From Chiloscyllium plagiosum (lineage: Eukaryota), in the NCBI RefSeq assembly GCF_004010195.1, contig NC_057755.1, positions 6,486,184-6,550,183 on the forward strand: a stretch of 64,000 bases of DNA, given 5' to 3'. Made by a program: the position numbers and the translations under genes. The notes beneath the pieces are model-generated. The model made no database searches and had not been told where the DNA came from. It worked only from the letters and a program-made list of their open reading frames with translations. Numbering within the stretch: the first letter of the stretch is position 1; the number at the start of each line of letters is the position of its first letter. Positions 50,406 through 64,000 of the stretch are shown one piece after another.

Positions 50406-53400
50406 TCTATCATTGATGAAAGTCTATCAAATTAGGAGATGCAGTGATACGGTTGACAGTCAAAATCCCTCCCGCAACAGTTGAAATGTCGTAATACCGG
50501 GGGCCTGTGTTTGAGGTAAGAAAGAGGAAAGTTCAAAGGAGATGTGAGGGGCCAGCTTTTTTTTTGAAACAGCATAGGATGTGTCTGGAATGCACTGCCA
50601 GGGATGACGGTGCAGCCAGATACGCTAGTGTGTTTAAGGGACTTACAGATAAACACACGGATATGGAAGGAATAGAGAGAAATGGACCAAGGGCAGGCAG
50701 AAGGAACTGATCTAATTCGGCATCACATTCAGCACAGTATCTTGGGTCGAGGGGCCTGTTTCTCTGCTGTACTGTTCCGTGTTCTATTGTCAGCTTTTCC
50801 AGCCTGCCTCCACACCCCCACCCGCCCTGCCTTCCAGGAATCTGGAATCTCCCTTCCCTGATAAGGGCAATGCATGTCCAAAGCTTCTTTCAACAACTCC
50901 CAAAGCACTTCCGAACCAATTAGGTATTGACGTGCTGCAGCAGCCAAACTCACAACCATATCACACACAAAGTACAGCGAAAAATAACCAGATCAGCAGC
51001 TTTTTTAAGAACGGTGATGACAGGTATGGGATTAACACACACGGGCCCAAGACAGCAGGGACTCCTCTACTTGTCCTGTTGGATTCCGAAAGGTCATCCC
51101 AAGTTTCAAGTTTTGTTGAAAACAAAGGGGACATTTCGAAGAACCCAGAAACCCCTCAATACTGATCCTCCCACCGCCTGGCGTGTCACCCCCCCACCCC
51201 ACCCGGACCCAAGGGCTGACCCTGCCACAGCCTGGCACACTGCCCTGTTGGCTGACCTCCCTCAGCCTGGCACCCCCTTATGGTTGATCTCCCTCACTAC
51301 TGACACTCTTGTCAAACTGGACGTGCGCCCCAGGTCTCTTTGAACAGATGCTGACCCTGTGATCTTGCGTGCAAGAGTGCCACCCACCAAGCCACAGCTG
51401 ACACTCCTTGTGCTGAACAATTCCATTACCGTACAATTTGGAAAGACGTGCTTTCAAAAAGAGTTTAATGTCCAAGGGAGCAGCATGAGTCATGGTGACT
51501 CATATTCCAGTCCTGGGTTAATAAACCACCGGGGAGATAAGAGCGTTCTGACCTCCCCATTGACAAAGGCTTCGATAAATACTTTTCACAATGCAGCTTC
51601 TGATACCAAAACAGGGGAGCAGTGTCTCTGGGCCATTTAAAAAAAAGTGATACAAGTCTTTAAAGGGAAGATAAGTAAGAAAAAAAAAAGACCTCAGCAT
51701 TCACACTTATTTTTCATATGCATTAATCATCCAGTCTGTGGACATAACTTCAGTTTGCAGATGAAATGAGTCTCTTTAATGTAAACAGGGAGGGAGATAG
51801 ATAGAGCTAACCTAGTATAATGGCCACATACATGACAATTGCAGTGCAATGCAGAGAAAGCCTATTTTACTACACAGCAAAGAGCAGGTCAGGTTTTAAA
51901 GCTATTTTAAGAATGATATGCACACAGAGATATACATAAAGTGGCACGGATTACAAAAAGCAGTAAAGCTTTACATTAAAACTTCTCTGAATCACCCGGT
52001 GATCGGAAGGGTGAGTGAAACCAGAGGATTGTTGGATTAATTCACCGAGGGGATGCAGGAGAGGTTTGAGTCATGGGGGTGACTAAATGGTGGAGGCAGC
52101 TCTGTTGTTACACACAAGGTCACCAACGGTTCTCTGTCAGTCCAACATTTCCCGGTTAACTATCCAGCCAAGTCACACTGAACTGTCTAAGGTCTCCAAC
52201 GAAAATGGAAGGAGACTGAACAGTGACTTATAAAAGAGAATTAGGCACAAAGTCAAGATCTGAAGTTGCAGGGAAATGATAGGTTATGGGAAAAAGACAT
52301 CCTTCTTGCACAGGTTCTACAAGACACCCAGAGCTGCTATTTCTAAGTGGCAAGGGTGTGTGCTGGGTCAAAACAGACTCCAAAACCAACAGCAAGCATG
52401 ACTGCACTTAGTCACAGCTTGCTGCGAATGGTTGCCAAATCACAACAGTGGTTATGTTTCAATTAAGTACAGAATTTCGTGGCCTGAGAAGCACTTGCCC
52501 CAGCACCGTGCAAGGTGCTGCATATTAATGCTCCGCATATCTTCCAACTTGCCCTTCGCTACTACCAACAGCCAACCACCTCTGGCACTGCTCCTTGTGT
52601 TTGTACAGTTCCATAGTGGGAGAGTTTTCAGTGTCAATGACCGCACCAGCCACGTCAAACCGCATTGCTACTCTGTAAATAATGAATGAGCAAACGATAC
52701 TGTCAGTGGACACACTATCTCACTACTCATGTTTACACCGTGTATGCACCTGTAGTTCACCCCTTTCGGGCTTTCATTTGGCAGAAAGGTGAGATGAAAA
52801 GCAGAAGAGTGCAGATGGCTCCTGTGGCCATGGTGGCTCAGCGCAATCCCTGGTTGCTAAACAGTAGCAGGCACTCGCTCAGGCAACGAACACGTAAAAT
52901 ACAGTCCAGGACTGGGCTACCATACGACAAAGCCATGAAATGTTTGGTGCCTCACGTCAAAGGTACAAAGACAGAAACTTTGTCAAAAACATAGAGCTGA
53001 AGGGCAGGCAAACAGCATCGGAAGAGGGCATGGCACAGAGTCCCCGAGATCTGCTGCACAGGAACAGCAGACCCCTTGTGGATGTTTGTCCATTAAACAT
53101 TGTTCAGCCACCTCGGTTCCACGATCCTTTAGTATCGAACCTTTACCCATCTGGGGCCCAGGGAGTCTTCAATTTACAAATGTCTGACTTGCAAACACTC
53201 ATTTCTAAGAGGGATGTAATTTTGAAGACCCCACACACAAACATTTCTCGTTCTTGCAAACAGCTGCTTTACATTGCCCTCCACTGTGTTCTGACTTGCA
53301 AACCACTCCAGAAGGGAAGCCGTTCCCAACCCAGGGACTGCATACATACTAACTGAACTCACACTGACCATGTTTAGAGGGACTCGCTCCCCATGTTGCT

Positions 53401-54179
53401 GAATCTAAGTGTTTTCCAACTTCGCACTTGACCGGCCTGACTCTAACTTGATGATCAATCCGCCAGGTCATCTCTTACCCTGGACCACACCCACAGAGGG
53501 AAAAAAGACAGAACTTTTCTCTTTCAATCTCAACAAAATCGTTAAAAGACCATCAAGACTGATTTGACCACAGTTAAAATGGTCTCCAGACAAGGAAATG
53601 CTACAAGGAATAACTCAAGGTCCAATAGGACACAGGAGAAAGTGAGGACTGCTGACGCTGGAGAGTCAGAGTTGAAAAGGGTGATGTCGGAAAAGCACAG
53701 CAGCATTTCTAGCAGCATCTCAGGTACAGGAGCAGGAAAGCCACCTTCCAACTGGAGGAAGAACGCCTCATCTTCCACCTTGGGAACCTTCAAACACACA
53801 GCATCAACATCAACCACCAGGTTACAAATCTCCCTTCCCCCCCCACCCCACGCCAGATCCAACCCTCCAACTTGGCACCACCCTTTTGACTTCGGGCAAA
53901 AGCCCTTCATCAGGAATAAAAAGCTGATGAAGGGCTCATGCCCAAAACGTTGATTCTCCTGCTCCTCAGACAATGCAGCTCCTCAGACACTGCCTGGCCT
54001 GCTATGCTTTTCCAGCCTCAGATGGAAACTTCCAAGGTAGGGTAGTGTTTTCCTGTACTTCCAGATGGTAGTGGTCATGGGCTCGGCAGCTGCGGTCTAA
54101 GAAATGTTGCTGAATCTCTGTAGTGCATCTTGTGCATGGTCAACACTGCTGTGACTGAACATCGGTGGTGGAGCAGCTT

Positions 54180-54930
54180 AGAGTCAGAGATGTACAGCAC
54201 AGAAACAGACCCTTTGGTCCAACCTATCCATGCAGACCAGATATCCCAACCCAATCTCCTCTCACCTGCCAGCACCTGGCCCATATCCCTCCAAACCCTT
54301 CCTATTCATATACCCATCCAAATGCCTTTTAAGTGTTGCAATTGTACCAGCCTCCGCCACTTCCTCTGGCAGCTCATTCCATACACGTACCACCCTCTGC
54401 GTGAAAGAGTTGCCCCTTAGGTCTCTTATGTATCTTTCCGCTCTCACCCTAAACCTATTCCCTCTAGTTCTGGACTCCCCGACCCCAGGGAAAAGACTGC
54501 CTATTTATCCTATCCATGCCCCTCAATTTTGTAAACCTCAATAAGGTCGCCCCTCAGCCTCCGACACTCCAGGGAAAACAGCCTCAGCCTGTTCAGCCTC
54601 TCCCTATAGCTCAAATCCTCCAACCCTGGCAACATCCTTGTAAAGGGTTTGTCAAAGGGTCAGTTAGACTCAAAATGTCAGCTCTTTTCTCTCCTTACAG
54701 ATGCTGCCAGACCTGCTGAGATTTTCCAGCGTTTTCTCTTTTGGTTCAACATCCTTGTAAATCTTTTCTGAACCCTTTCAAGTTTCACAACATCTTTCCG
54801 ATAGGAATACCAGAATTACACACAATATTCCAACAGTGGCCTAACCAATGTCCTGTACAGCCACATGACCTCATAACTGCTGTACTCAATACTCTGACCA
54901 ATAAAAGAAAACAAACCAAACGCCTTGCGT
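54180..54930 (-). mobile_element. CR1 LINE 3' fragment interrupted by a 102-bp insert
   Basis: LYRTLVRPLLEYCV...FTQRVVRVWNELPEEV and tail. Confidence 0.85.
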
Positions 54931-55584
54931 TTCATTGAGCGACAGACTGTCATGGATGATTCAGTGATACTGCAGGGCCACGGGACCGAATGGCCAACTC
55001 CCGCTGGTTGTCCACATGAATGCATTCAAAACAAAGGATTGTGATAATGTTCTGGGGTTACGAATTCAAATCCCACCATGGCAATTGGCTGAATTTAATG
55101 TAATGAAACTACCCCTAATATCTGTCCTAAATCTATCACTATCTAGAGTTCCATCTCGATCATTTGTGAATATCACAAACAGTAATGGATCAGACACTGC
55201 TCTGATACACCAGGCTCCAGTCGGTGTCACTCCACATCGCAAACCAGCCAACAAGAAACAAACGCAAAGTACAAAAGGAGCCCAAAATATTGGTGATGGC
55301 TGCCATACCAACCACACAATTGCAGCGATGACACATCAACAAAACACACTGCATTAAATCATCAAGCTAATACTTCACTGTTGCTGGGTTCAAGTCATAG
55401 AACTCTCCCTGCTAACAGCACTGTGGATGCACTCACACCCTAACCTCGAGGACCTTGTGCAACCCTATCTCTGTCACATTACCAAGCGTAGACAGCCTTC
55501 CCTATCTCTGAAACTACTACAGTCCTGACAGCACTTGCCATTACCAGTTCCTCCACCACCTCCAACCTTCCAATCACAGTCTGG

Positions 55585-55915
55585 AGGCAGGCCATTTTGC
55601 CCATTGGGTCCACATGGACCTTCTGAACAGCATCCCACCCAGACCCACCACTTCCCCCCCCACCCCGCCAACCCTATTCCTGTAACCCTGCATTTCCATT
55701 GGCTAATCAGACTGGCCTGCACATCCCCGGTCACTATGGGACAATGTAGCATGGCCTATCCACCCTAACCTGCACATCTTTGGATTGTGGAAGGAAACCG
55801 GAGCACCCGGAGGAAACCCACGTAGGCATGGGGACAATGTGCAAACTGCGCACAGAGTTGCCTGGGCCTTGTCGCTGCGAGGCAGCAGTGATAACCACTG
55901 AGCTTCTGTGCTGCC
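55585..55915 (-). mobile_element. Diverged V-SINE
   Basis: ggaaaccggagcacccggaggaaacccac V-domain on the reverse strand. Confidence 0.75.
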
Positions 55916-58774
55916 CTTCTGCGCAATCTTGACTACACTGAGAATCCCTGAATACAGTCGTTCAATTGTTGGTAGTTGCACTTTTAGCTGCCAAGTTCCA
56001 CTCGAAAGGCTCTTTGCTTTTTGACACTTCTCCTCTTACAGATGTGCCTTGCAAACCACCTCATCGACCGAGTTTATCTTTTGAAAGCACATTTGGGTGA
56101 CTTGCTTCTGTCGGTGCAAACACACTCAAGTCGATAGCAAATATTAACAGAGTCCTTCCTGGAGAGCAGCCAGAGCGAGTTCTTCCTGGACAGCAGCCAG
56201 AGGTACCACGTTGAACATTGACTGCGCAGAGGGTGCAAAGGTTCCAGACACGATTCGAGGGCGAACTGCATTAAATAGAGGTCAGGCTGCACAGAACTGG
56301 CATGTATTCAGAGTAAAGTTGGTAAGGGGTCACCTGTTCAAGATAATTGAAGGAAGTGACAGTTTCTAATATCAACCCCATTTCTTCTTGTGGGCTGTGG
56401 GGGGGGGGGGGGGGAAACACAGAACAAGGTTTCAGAAGTTTAACCCGAGGGCTGACACTTTAAAAGGGTCACATCAGGAAGCACCTTTTGACATGAAAGG
56501 TCATGGACATCTGGGAGGGATAGGGACCCCCTTCCCCTACCCAACGACTATTCTGGTGTTCCATCGGAGAGCTTAAAGGCGAGAGATTGTTGATAACTTC
56601 GGTTTTAATTCAGTCTTCTGAAATGAGAGAGAAGGCTCCAATCGAAGTTGGCCGCCCCACTCCGATGGGGCACTTTTGTTGTCGGACTGGCGACTGATAT
56701 AGCGAAATGCGAGGGTGCTGGTGCTCAGTGGGGCACAGTCAGATCTTTCTTCCAAACCTGAAGCCTCATCCCAGGACAAGAGGCCACAGGGTAGTGATGG
56801 TGGGGTGAAAGGAGGAGGAGGAGGAGGAGGAGGAGGAGGAGAGAAAAAGGTAGGTTGAAAAGCAACAGGGCAAACAGCAGACTGCCTTGCCAGACAGTGA
56901 AGAATACAGATGGAAGATCTGACTACAGGCCTAATCACCAGGCTCCACAGCCAAGTATCCTTCACAGCAGAGTCAAGGACACGCCAGTGATTCCGTTCAA
57001 TGAAATGGAGTGTTCCTGTACACAATGTGACTGCACTTGCCAGTTCGATGCTGGCACAAGACACGCCACATTTTTGATTGAAGAAATTCATTCACAGGAC
57101 GAGGGTGTCACAGAGCAAGGCCAACATTTACTGTGGTTCTGGAGTCACACGCAGGGTGAGACCAGATGAGGATGGCAGTTTCCTTCCCCAAACAACATTG
57201 GTGAACCAGAGGGGGCTTTTCCAAAAATGGACAATGATTTCGTTAGACTCTTAATGCCAATTTTTAAAAAAAATTATCCACCATCTCTCAAGGTATGATT
57301 CGAACCTGGGTCTGGATTAAGAGTCTAGCGATAATATCACTGAGCCATTGCCTCCCACTTTGGACGAGGCTGTATCTAATTAATTTAAAATCAAATTCCA
57401 CAAGGAGATGTAAAGCTTGATCAAAGAGACGGAGCTTCATCAACATTCTCCTTCAGAGTCTCCACACAGACACTTTCGTGAAGGTATTCCAGATTTTACA
57501 GGGCTCTGCAGGGCTTTGGAGAGAGCATATCTCAAATACCATATGCAGCCTTTCATCCTTACTTAAGCAAGCATGGAAATAAACTGGGGGCGGATAGATC
57601 ACTCGACTAAAACCAGAAACGAGCAGGAAGTCTAATGAGCAAAGGATGGACAGACTGGCTATGTTTCTAAGAGCGTTCAAAACTACTGAGCCACTTCCAG
57701 AGTTTGAGGCATTGAGGGTCAGCAAGCAAAGTCTATAACATGGTCTGGACAGGATTCGCATGGAGATGCTGATTCCAGTGGTGGCCGAGACCGACAAGGG
57801 GACAGGCATGACTGGAATGTTGCTCCGTCAGAGGGTTGTGCAACTTCATAACAGCCCGAATCAGTCTCTGAATATCTTTCAAATGGAGGTGGACACATTC
57901 CAGTCAGGCAGGGAGAAATCACAGGTTTTGGGGAACAGATAGCAATGGGGAACACGAGGAACCCAAAACACACCAGCAACGGCCTTATCAAATGGCCGAG
58001 CAGTACAGAGGCTCAATCAGTCACCTTCTACTCTTTAAAAGGTTCACACGCTCAGCTTGGGACAGCTGAAGGCAGAGTCTGAGGGGGAGCTCAGAAACTG
58101 CCTTACATATTTTGTGCACGCTCAAGCAGGTGAGACGCTGTTAAATCGGACAGGGTGGGGACGGGAAAGCAGGACGTGATGTCAGTTTCAACGTGGACAG
58201 ATTTGGGTCAACTCGGGTTTGAGGATACGGGAGGGTTGGGATCTGCAAAGGGATCTGGGTGCATAGACGTGCTCCCTCAACCAACTGACTGGCAAAGCAC
58301 TTGCAGGCTGAACATTTCCACCATATGCCAATGGTGGCACTTCGGGACACCCCTCAAGAACTCAAGAGGCCACGACAGAAATTCAATTTAAAAGTCCAGT
58401 TGAAGGCCATGTAAGACCCACTGCAAGTGAAAGGTGCAGGTCAAGGGGGAGGATTGTGAACAAAGGATGTAGCACGGATACAATCGGGCTCACAGCATGT
58501 TAGAAATAAAGCAGCAAGCCGAGTGACTGACCAAACTGAAATTCTGACAGAGCAGGCACTCCTTTTAATTGAATCATGGGAATTGCGAGCTTGCCAGCAT
58601 TTATTGCCCATTCCCAAGCCCCCAAGGCAACAGTCACTGCTTCGGGTCTGGACGGCAGATTTCCAACCCAAAACAGGGCATCAGTGAACCTGAAGGCTTT
58701 CAGACAATAATCAGCACTTGGTCCTCTCTGGGGAAACGTTTTTATTCCGATTCTCAACATTGAGTTCAAAGTTT

Positions 58775-59110
58775 CACCCCAGACAAGGTCTTATTTCTGG
58801 GGTCGGGGAGTCCAGAACTAGAGGGCATAGGTTTAGGGTGAAAGGGGAAAGATATAAAAGAGACCTGAGGGGCACGTTTTTCACGCAAAGGGTGGTACAT
58901 GTAAGGAATGAGCTAAAAGAGGAAGTGGTGGATGCTGGCACAATTGCAACATTTAAAAGGCACCTGGATGGGTATATGAATGGGAAGGGTTGGGAGGGAT
59001 ATGGGCCAAGCGCTGGCAAATGGGCCGAAATTAGGTTAGGACATCTGGTCAGCATGAACAGGTTGGACCGCACTGCCTGTGTTCGTTATGTACATCTCTA
59101 TGACTCTATT
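58775..59110 (+). mobile_element. CR1 LINE 3' fragment
   Basis: GESRTRGHRFRVKGERYKRDLRGTFFTQRVV and tail; similar short copies near 41740-42050, 45250-45540, 46210-46405 and 50470-50790. Confidence 0.82.
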
Positions 59111-60596
59111 ACAATCCAGACTCGAACGCCTGTCTACTGAAAATTAACCTGAGTTGCTGGAATGATAGTCAGTGACATTACCACAATGTAACCACCTCCC
59201 TTTGTGGGGAAGTGCCAACTTCCAGGGCATCAATACAAGGTCAACGCTTACTCATCCAACCGGATATTGAGGAACAAATGCTTCACCCAGAGAGTGGGGA
59301 GAATGTGGAACTCCTGCATCGGGACAAAGACAGGCAACTGAGTTTAACGACAACAAACATTCGACAAATGAAAGACAAGCATGGGCCAGAGGACCAGTTA
59401 CAGCACTTCCAACTTGGGGAGATCTGCTTTCAATTGGGGAAAGAAAACCCAGCAAACATCACGCGACGCTCTGAATAATTCAGGTTTACAAACAATACTG
59501 GATCACACTGGGTCACCAGTCACAGCACTTTCACTAGCAACGCCCCGAGCCCAGGAGAGCTCAAGATGGTTGGGCTGGAATCTAAATTATGCAGGAGGGT
59601 GGAATCTGATCGATGCAACAGACACCATCCAGTTTCTGAGGCCAGCTGCTAGCCTCTCCACTCATGTGGCTATAGGGAGAGCTCTCACTGTCAGCCGAGT
59701 GACAGACACACACACACACACACAGACACACACAGATTCGAACACAGGAAAGGGTCCACAGGGGAAAAAAACAGGCCCACAGTTTGCAAGATACAACGTG
59801 GCCCAGGAAAGCAGATGCATGCCATTGGGAATTCAAGGTACAATCATTCGTTCCAATTAAAAGAGCAGTCAATACCAGCCTTATGGTCTTATCAATGCAA
59901 CAGCCACATCTGGTGTGCTCGAGATTATTCAGAGCACAACAATGCACACAGCTGCCCAGAATGTTTCAATGGAATGACACAGCACCACAACTTGGGGAAG
60001 CATTCAAGAGACAGCCAAATGCAGCGTGACCCAGAATTTCCTGCAGTCTAGTCACAGGCCCCTGGGCAGGACTGAAGGAGCGCCGCCCTGTCGGTGGGGG
60101 AGACGGTGCTTGGAGTGGAGGGTCAGGGCCAAGGAAGCACTGCACAAGTGGGGTGAGGGTCAGGGCCGACTGAGCGTGGCACTGTCCTGAGCTCAGGGCT
60201 TAGGGAGGTGGAGTCTTTTGGACAACGAAAACCCAGTCTGTCTGTTTCCCGAGAGAGGATTCCAAGACAAGTGTTGTGTCTTGAGCCTGATCTCTATCCT
60301 TCTACTAAAAGGTGGATAATAAGCCAGCACCCCTCAAGACAGACATGTGTGGGGGTTCAACATGCACAATTTCGGAGTTACTTCCCCAATATTCCAACAG
60401 CTGGCGCAGCTCAAACATCTCCTCTTTGGTCATCTAATGCTTTCAGACATCCTGAAGGAGCCTCTTTAAGCTGTGCCCTTGGCTGTGATCATGTGTACGC
60501 TGTTGACTGTCTGCCAGGGCAAGCATTGAAATTTCACCCAGATACTGGGCACAACATTCACAACCACTGCAGCAACTTCATGAGCCTTTTTTTTTT

Positions 60597-61645
60597 AAAA
60601 AAAACGAGAGTGCCCATGTCTGAGGGCTCCAGGGGCACAGGATTGCGTCCAGCAGGAAATGGACAAAGTGAATTAAGACTGTCCCATTCTATTGTGCAAT
60701 GGGGACAGACAGATACAGACTCTATTATCTAAGTGGCCCATTTACCCTGAAGAGGTTGCTGCCAAGGATCTATGATGTAGAAACAAGCTGCCCAATTTAC
60801 ATTCCTCAAACCCCCTTCTCCCTTGAATGTCTATCTGACTTCCAACTAGCAAACTACTCCATATGAATAACAACATCAGCTCTGCCAACAGTCACTCAGT
60901 GGTTTATAATACCCACGGCCCCAAACCTTTCTAGGCTTGCCTGCCAGTTGCAAACACAATCTCTCCATCTACCCCAACAAAGTTGTACACTCAGGTCACC
61001 CCCTCAGCCTTTTCTTCCTGGCAGGAGAGAACTGCACTGAGCTGAAAATGTGTTGCTGGAAAAGCACAGCAGGTCAGGCAGCATCCAGGGAACAGGAGAA
61101 TCGACGTTTCGGGCATAAGCCCTTCTTCTGGGCTTATGCCCGCAACGTCGCTTCTCCTGTTCCCTGCATGCTGCCTCANNNNNNNNNNNNNNNNNNNNNN
61201 NNNNNAAAAAAAACGAGAGTGCCCATGTCTGAGGGCTCCAGGGGCACAGGATTGCGTCCAGCAGGAAATGGACAAAGTGAATTAAGACTGTCCCATTCTA
61301 TTGTGCAATGGCGACAGACAGATACAGACTCTATTATCTAAGTGGCCCATTTACCCTGAAGAGGTTGCTGCCAAGGATCTATGATGTAGAAACAAGCTGC
61401 CCAATTTACATTCCTCAAACCCCCTTCTCCCTTGAATGTCTATCTGACTTCCAACTAGCAAACTACTCCATATGAATAACGACATCAGCTCTGCCAACAG
61501 TCACTCAGTGGTTTATAATACCCATGGCCCCAAACCTTTCGAGGCTTGCCTGCCAGTTGCAAACACAATCTCTCCATCTACCCTAACAAAGTTGTACACT
61601 CAGGTCACCCCCTCAGCCTTTTCTTCCTGGCAGGAGAGAACTGCA
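60597..61645. repeat. 440-bp direct duplication flanking an N gap
   Basis: 60597-61036 versus 61206-61645, about 5 substitutions. Confidence 0.9.
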
Positions 61646-61679
61646 GCCTTTCTGGCCATTCCTGTCACATTTTTAGAAT

Positions 61680-61975
61680 TTAGAATTAGATTAGATTCCC
61701 TACAGTGTGGAAACAGGCCCTTCGGCCCAACCAGTCCACACCGACCCTCCGAAGAGTAACCCACCCAGACCTCTTTTCCCTCTGACTAATGCACCGAACA
61801 CTATGGGCAATTTAGCATGGCCAATCCACCCTAACCTGCACATCTTTGGACTGCGGGAGGAAACCCACGCAGACACGGGGAGAATGTGCAAACTCCGCAG
61901 AGTCACCCGAGGCTGGAATCAAACCTAGGGTCCCTGGTGCTGTAAGGCAGCAGTGCTAACCACTGAGCCATTGCG
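61680..61975 (-). mobile_element. HE1-like V-SINE
   Basis: Reverse complement SINE body with (agatt)n tail. Confidence 0.83.
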
Positions 61976-62702
61976 CCTCTGAGGCTGCGATCATCCACGT
62001 GAATTTTCTTTTTTTTTTGCATATTCTCCCTCGTCTCCCCTATCCTTTTGCATGATGTGGAAACCAGAACTGTACTGAGTAACCTTTAGATTACACAGAA
62101 ACCAGAACAGACCATGGCAGTTCTCAGTGCAATGTGGGGATGGGAACCATGCACTATCTCCCAGAGTGATGTAGAGACTGGAACTGTGCACAGGAGCTCC
62201 CAGGGAGGCCTTGACAAGTTCAGTGTCACTTCCTTGCTCATAGTTCTACTCCTCTAGAAACGACCTCCAGTGCTTTCATTTTTATAACAGCTGTGTTATC
62301 CCAAATTACAATCATTAGCAATCTGCATCTCGCTGAGACACAAATAGAAACACTTCAATCTTTACCTCCAGTCCCATTCAAACTGATCGCCCAAACAGAT
62401 TCGGCTTCAAAAATACCTCAGCCCCATCACAACGTACTCCTGCCTGGCCAATTGTGACATCAAGACTCCTCGTTCATTTCAAAACACAGTCCCCAGTGGA
62501 AGACCATTTCAGGCAGGCAGACAACCCAATAGCTGGCTGAATTGTTGAGCTGTACTAATTGCTGCCTCGCAGAACGTTGATACTGCTGCAGGAAGCAGTG
62601 ACTCAGACCCAGGAAACCTCCAGGTAATTCTGACCCTGAACTGAGCCATGCCAGCAGCAGCATCCTTCTCTGTCTCCTCACCTCTCTCTCCGTCTTCACC
62701 GA

Positions 62703-63210
62703 GAGTCAGAGATGTACAGCACGGAAACAGACCTTTCGGTCCAACACGTCCACGCCGACCAGATATCCCAACATAATCTCGTCCCACCTTCCAGCACCTG
62801 GCCCAAATCCCTCCAAACCCTTCCTGTTCATATACCCATCCAAATGCCTTTTAAATGTTGCAATTGTACCAGCCCCCACCACTTCCTCTGGCAGCTCATT
62901 CCGTACACGTGCCATCCTGTGTGAAAACGTTGCCCCTTAGGTCTCTTTCATATCTTGCCTGCTCTCACCCTAAACCTATGCCCACTAGTTCTGGACTCCC
63001 TGACCCCAGGGAGAAGACTTTGTCTATTTATCCTATCCATGCCCCTTATGATTTTGTAAACTTCTATAAGGTCACCCCTCAGTCTCCGAAACTCCAGGGG
63101 AGACAGCCCTAGCTTATTCAATCTCTCCCTATAGCTCAAACCCTCCAAGCCTGGCAACATCCTTGTACATCTTTTCTGAACCCTTTCAAGTTTCACAACA
63201 TCTTTCCAAT
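62703..63210 (-). mobile_element. CR1 LINE 3' fragment
   Basis: LERVQKRCTRMLPGLEGLSYRERL...RGDLIEVYKII and tail. Confidence 0.85.
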
Positions 63211-63832
63211 CCTTGCCCCCTCCACCTTCATTGAGCACATACCTACTCTAATCCCATTGCCTTGAGCACAATACTGCCTCCGGTAAACACAGAGATATTT
63301 AAAAGTAGTTCAAGTTCTGAGGAGGAGTCACAGGACCCAAAACATGAACGCTGTTTTCTCACTCCACAGATAATGCCAGACCTGCTGAGTTTCTATTTTT
63401 GCACTTAGCTATTGTGATGGTCCCAAACTACCCTTACAAACAATGAGTTCCAGGTCCTCACCATCCACTGGGTGAAAACAAAACCTTCCTCAAACCAAAT
63501 TTAATCTTACTGCTGTTTATCTGAAACCCATGCCCATTGGTCATCAACTCCTCGACGAAAGGGACATGTTTCTTCTGAAATATTAACTCGGTATGTCTAA
63601 ATACCGCGCCCTCTTTGTCTGCGCAAAGGAAAACAATTGCAACTCATCTAGTCTCTATTCAGCACCAAAATGCTCTGGCTGTGGTCAATCTCCTCTTCAT
63701 TAACACAATCCATCTCATTCTCTTCTCCCACCCCACTCTCCCCAATTCTCCTCTCCACAACATTGATCACTCTTCCCGCCCCCACCACACCTGTCACCTC
63801 CCCTGTCCCTTTCCACACTCTCCTCTCTCCTT

Positions 63833-63968
63833 TTCTGCAGTGACTGTGCAGCACCCCCCTCACCCCCTGGGGTACCTGCAGTGACTGAGCAGCACCCCCC
63901 ACTCCCTGGGGTACCTGCAGTGACTGAGCACCTCTCCCCAAGCCCCAGGGTACCTGCAGTATCTGAGT
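63833..63968. repeat. Short minisatellite (~39-41 bp unit, about 3.5 copies)
   Basis: ctgcagtgactgagcagcacccccc...ggggtac repeated. Confidence 0.75.
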
Positions 63969-64000
63969 AGGAAGTGGCGCATTTGTTTTAATGCAAGTAG

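Noticed and set aside
39236..64000. OSBP first coding exon or a nested gene
   Set aside because: I found no GWLFKWTNY...LLSYYR-like segment and no convincing non-repeat ORF. Exon 1 is probably outside the window, though a short exon could be missed by eye.

Overview
Vertebrate genomic DNA, almost certainly from an elasmobranch (shark or ray), judged from HE1-like V-SINEs and CR1/HER1-like LINEs. The window holds one protein-coding gene, an oxysterol-binding protein (OSBP-like), on the minus strand. I could place 13 coding exons with canonical GT-AG sites. They join in one open frame (2137 nt) from the PH domain through the coiled coil, FFAT motif and ORD to the stop at 2853. The first coding exon was not found and probably lies beyond 64000. 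The introns contain two near-full-length decayed CR1 LINEs, many CR1 3' fragments, about 10 tRNA-derived V-SINEs, a Rex1-like fragment, Tigger-like MITEs, short Penelope-like remnants with hammerhead-ribozyme cores, a perfect 79-bp x ~74 tandem array and several minisatellites. The most notable observations are: (1) a 111-bp tandem duplication that copies the acceptor and most of the 55-nt serine-rich OSBP exon, creating a possible frame-preserving 36-nt extra exon; (2) an intact-looking minimal hammerhead ribozyme in sense orientation in the large upstream intron, plus palindromic hammerhead-bearing mini-elements; (3) a 5.8-kb homogeneous array with no AG on the transcript strand beside the FFAT exon. 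I found no convincing novel multi-gene system.
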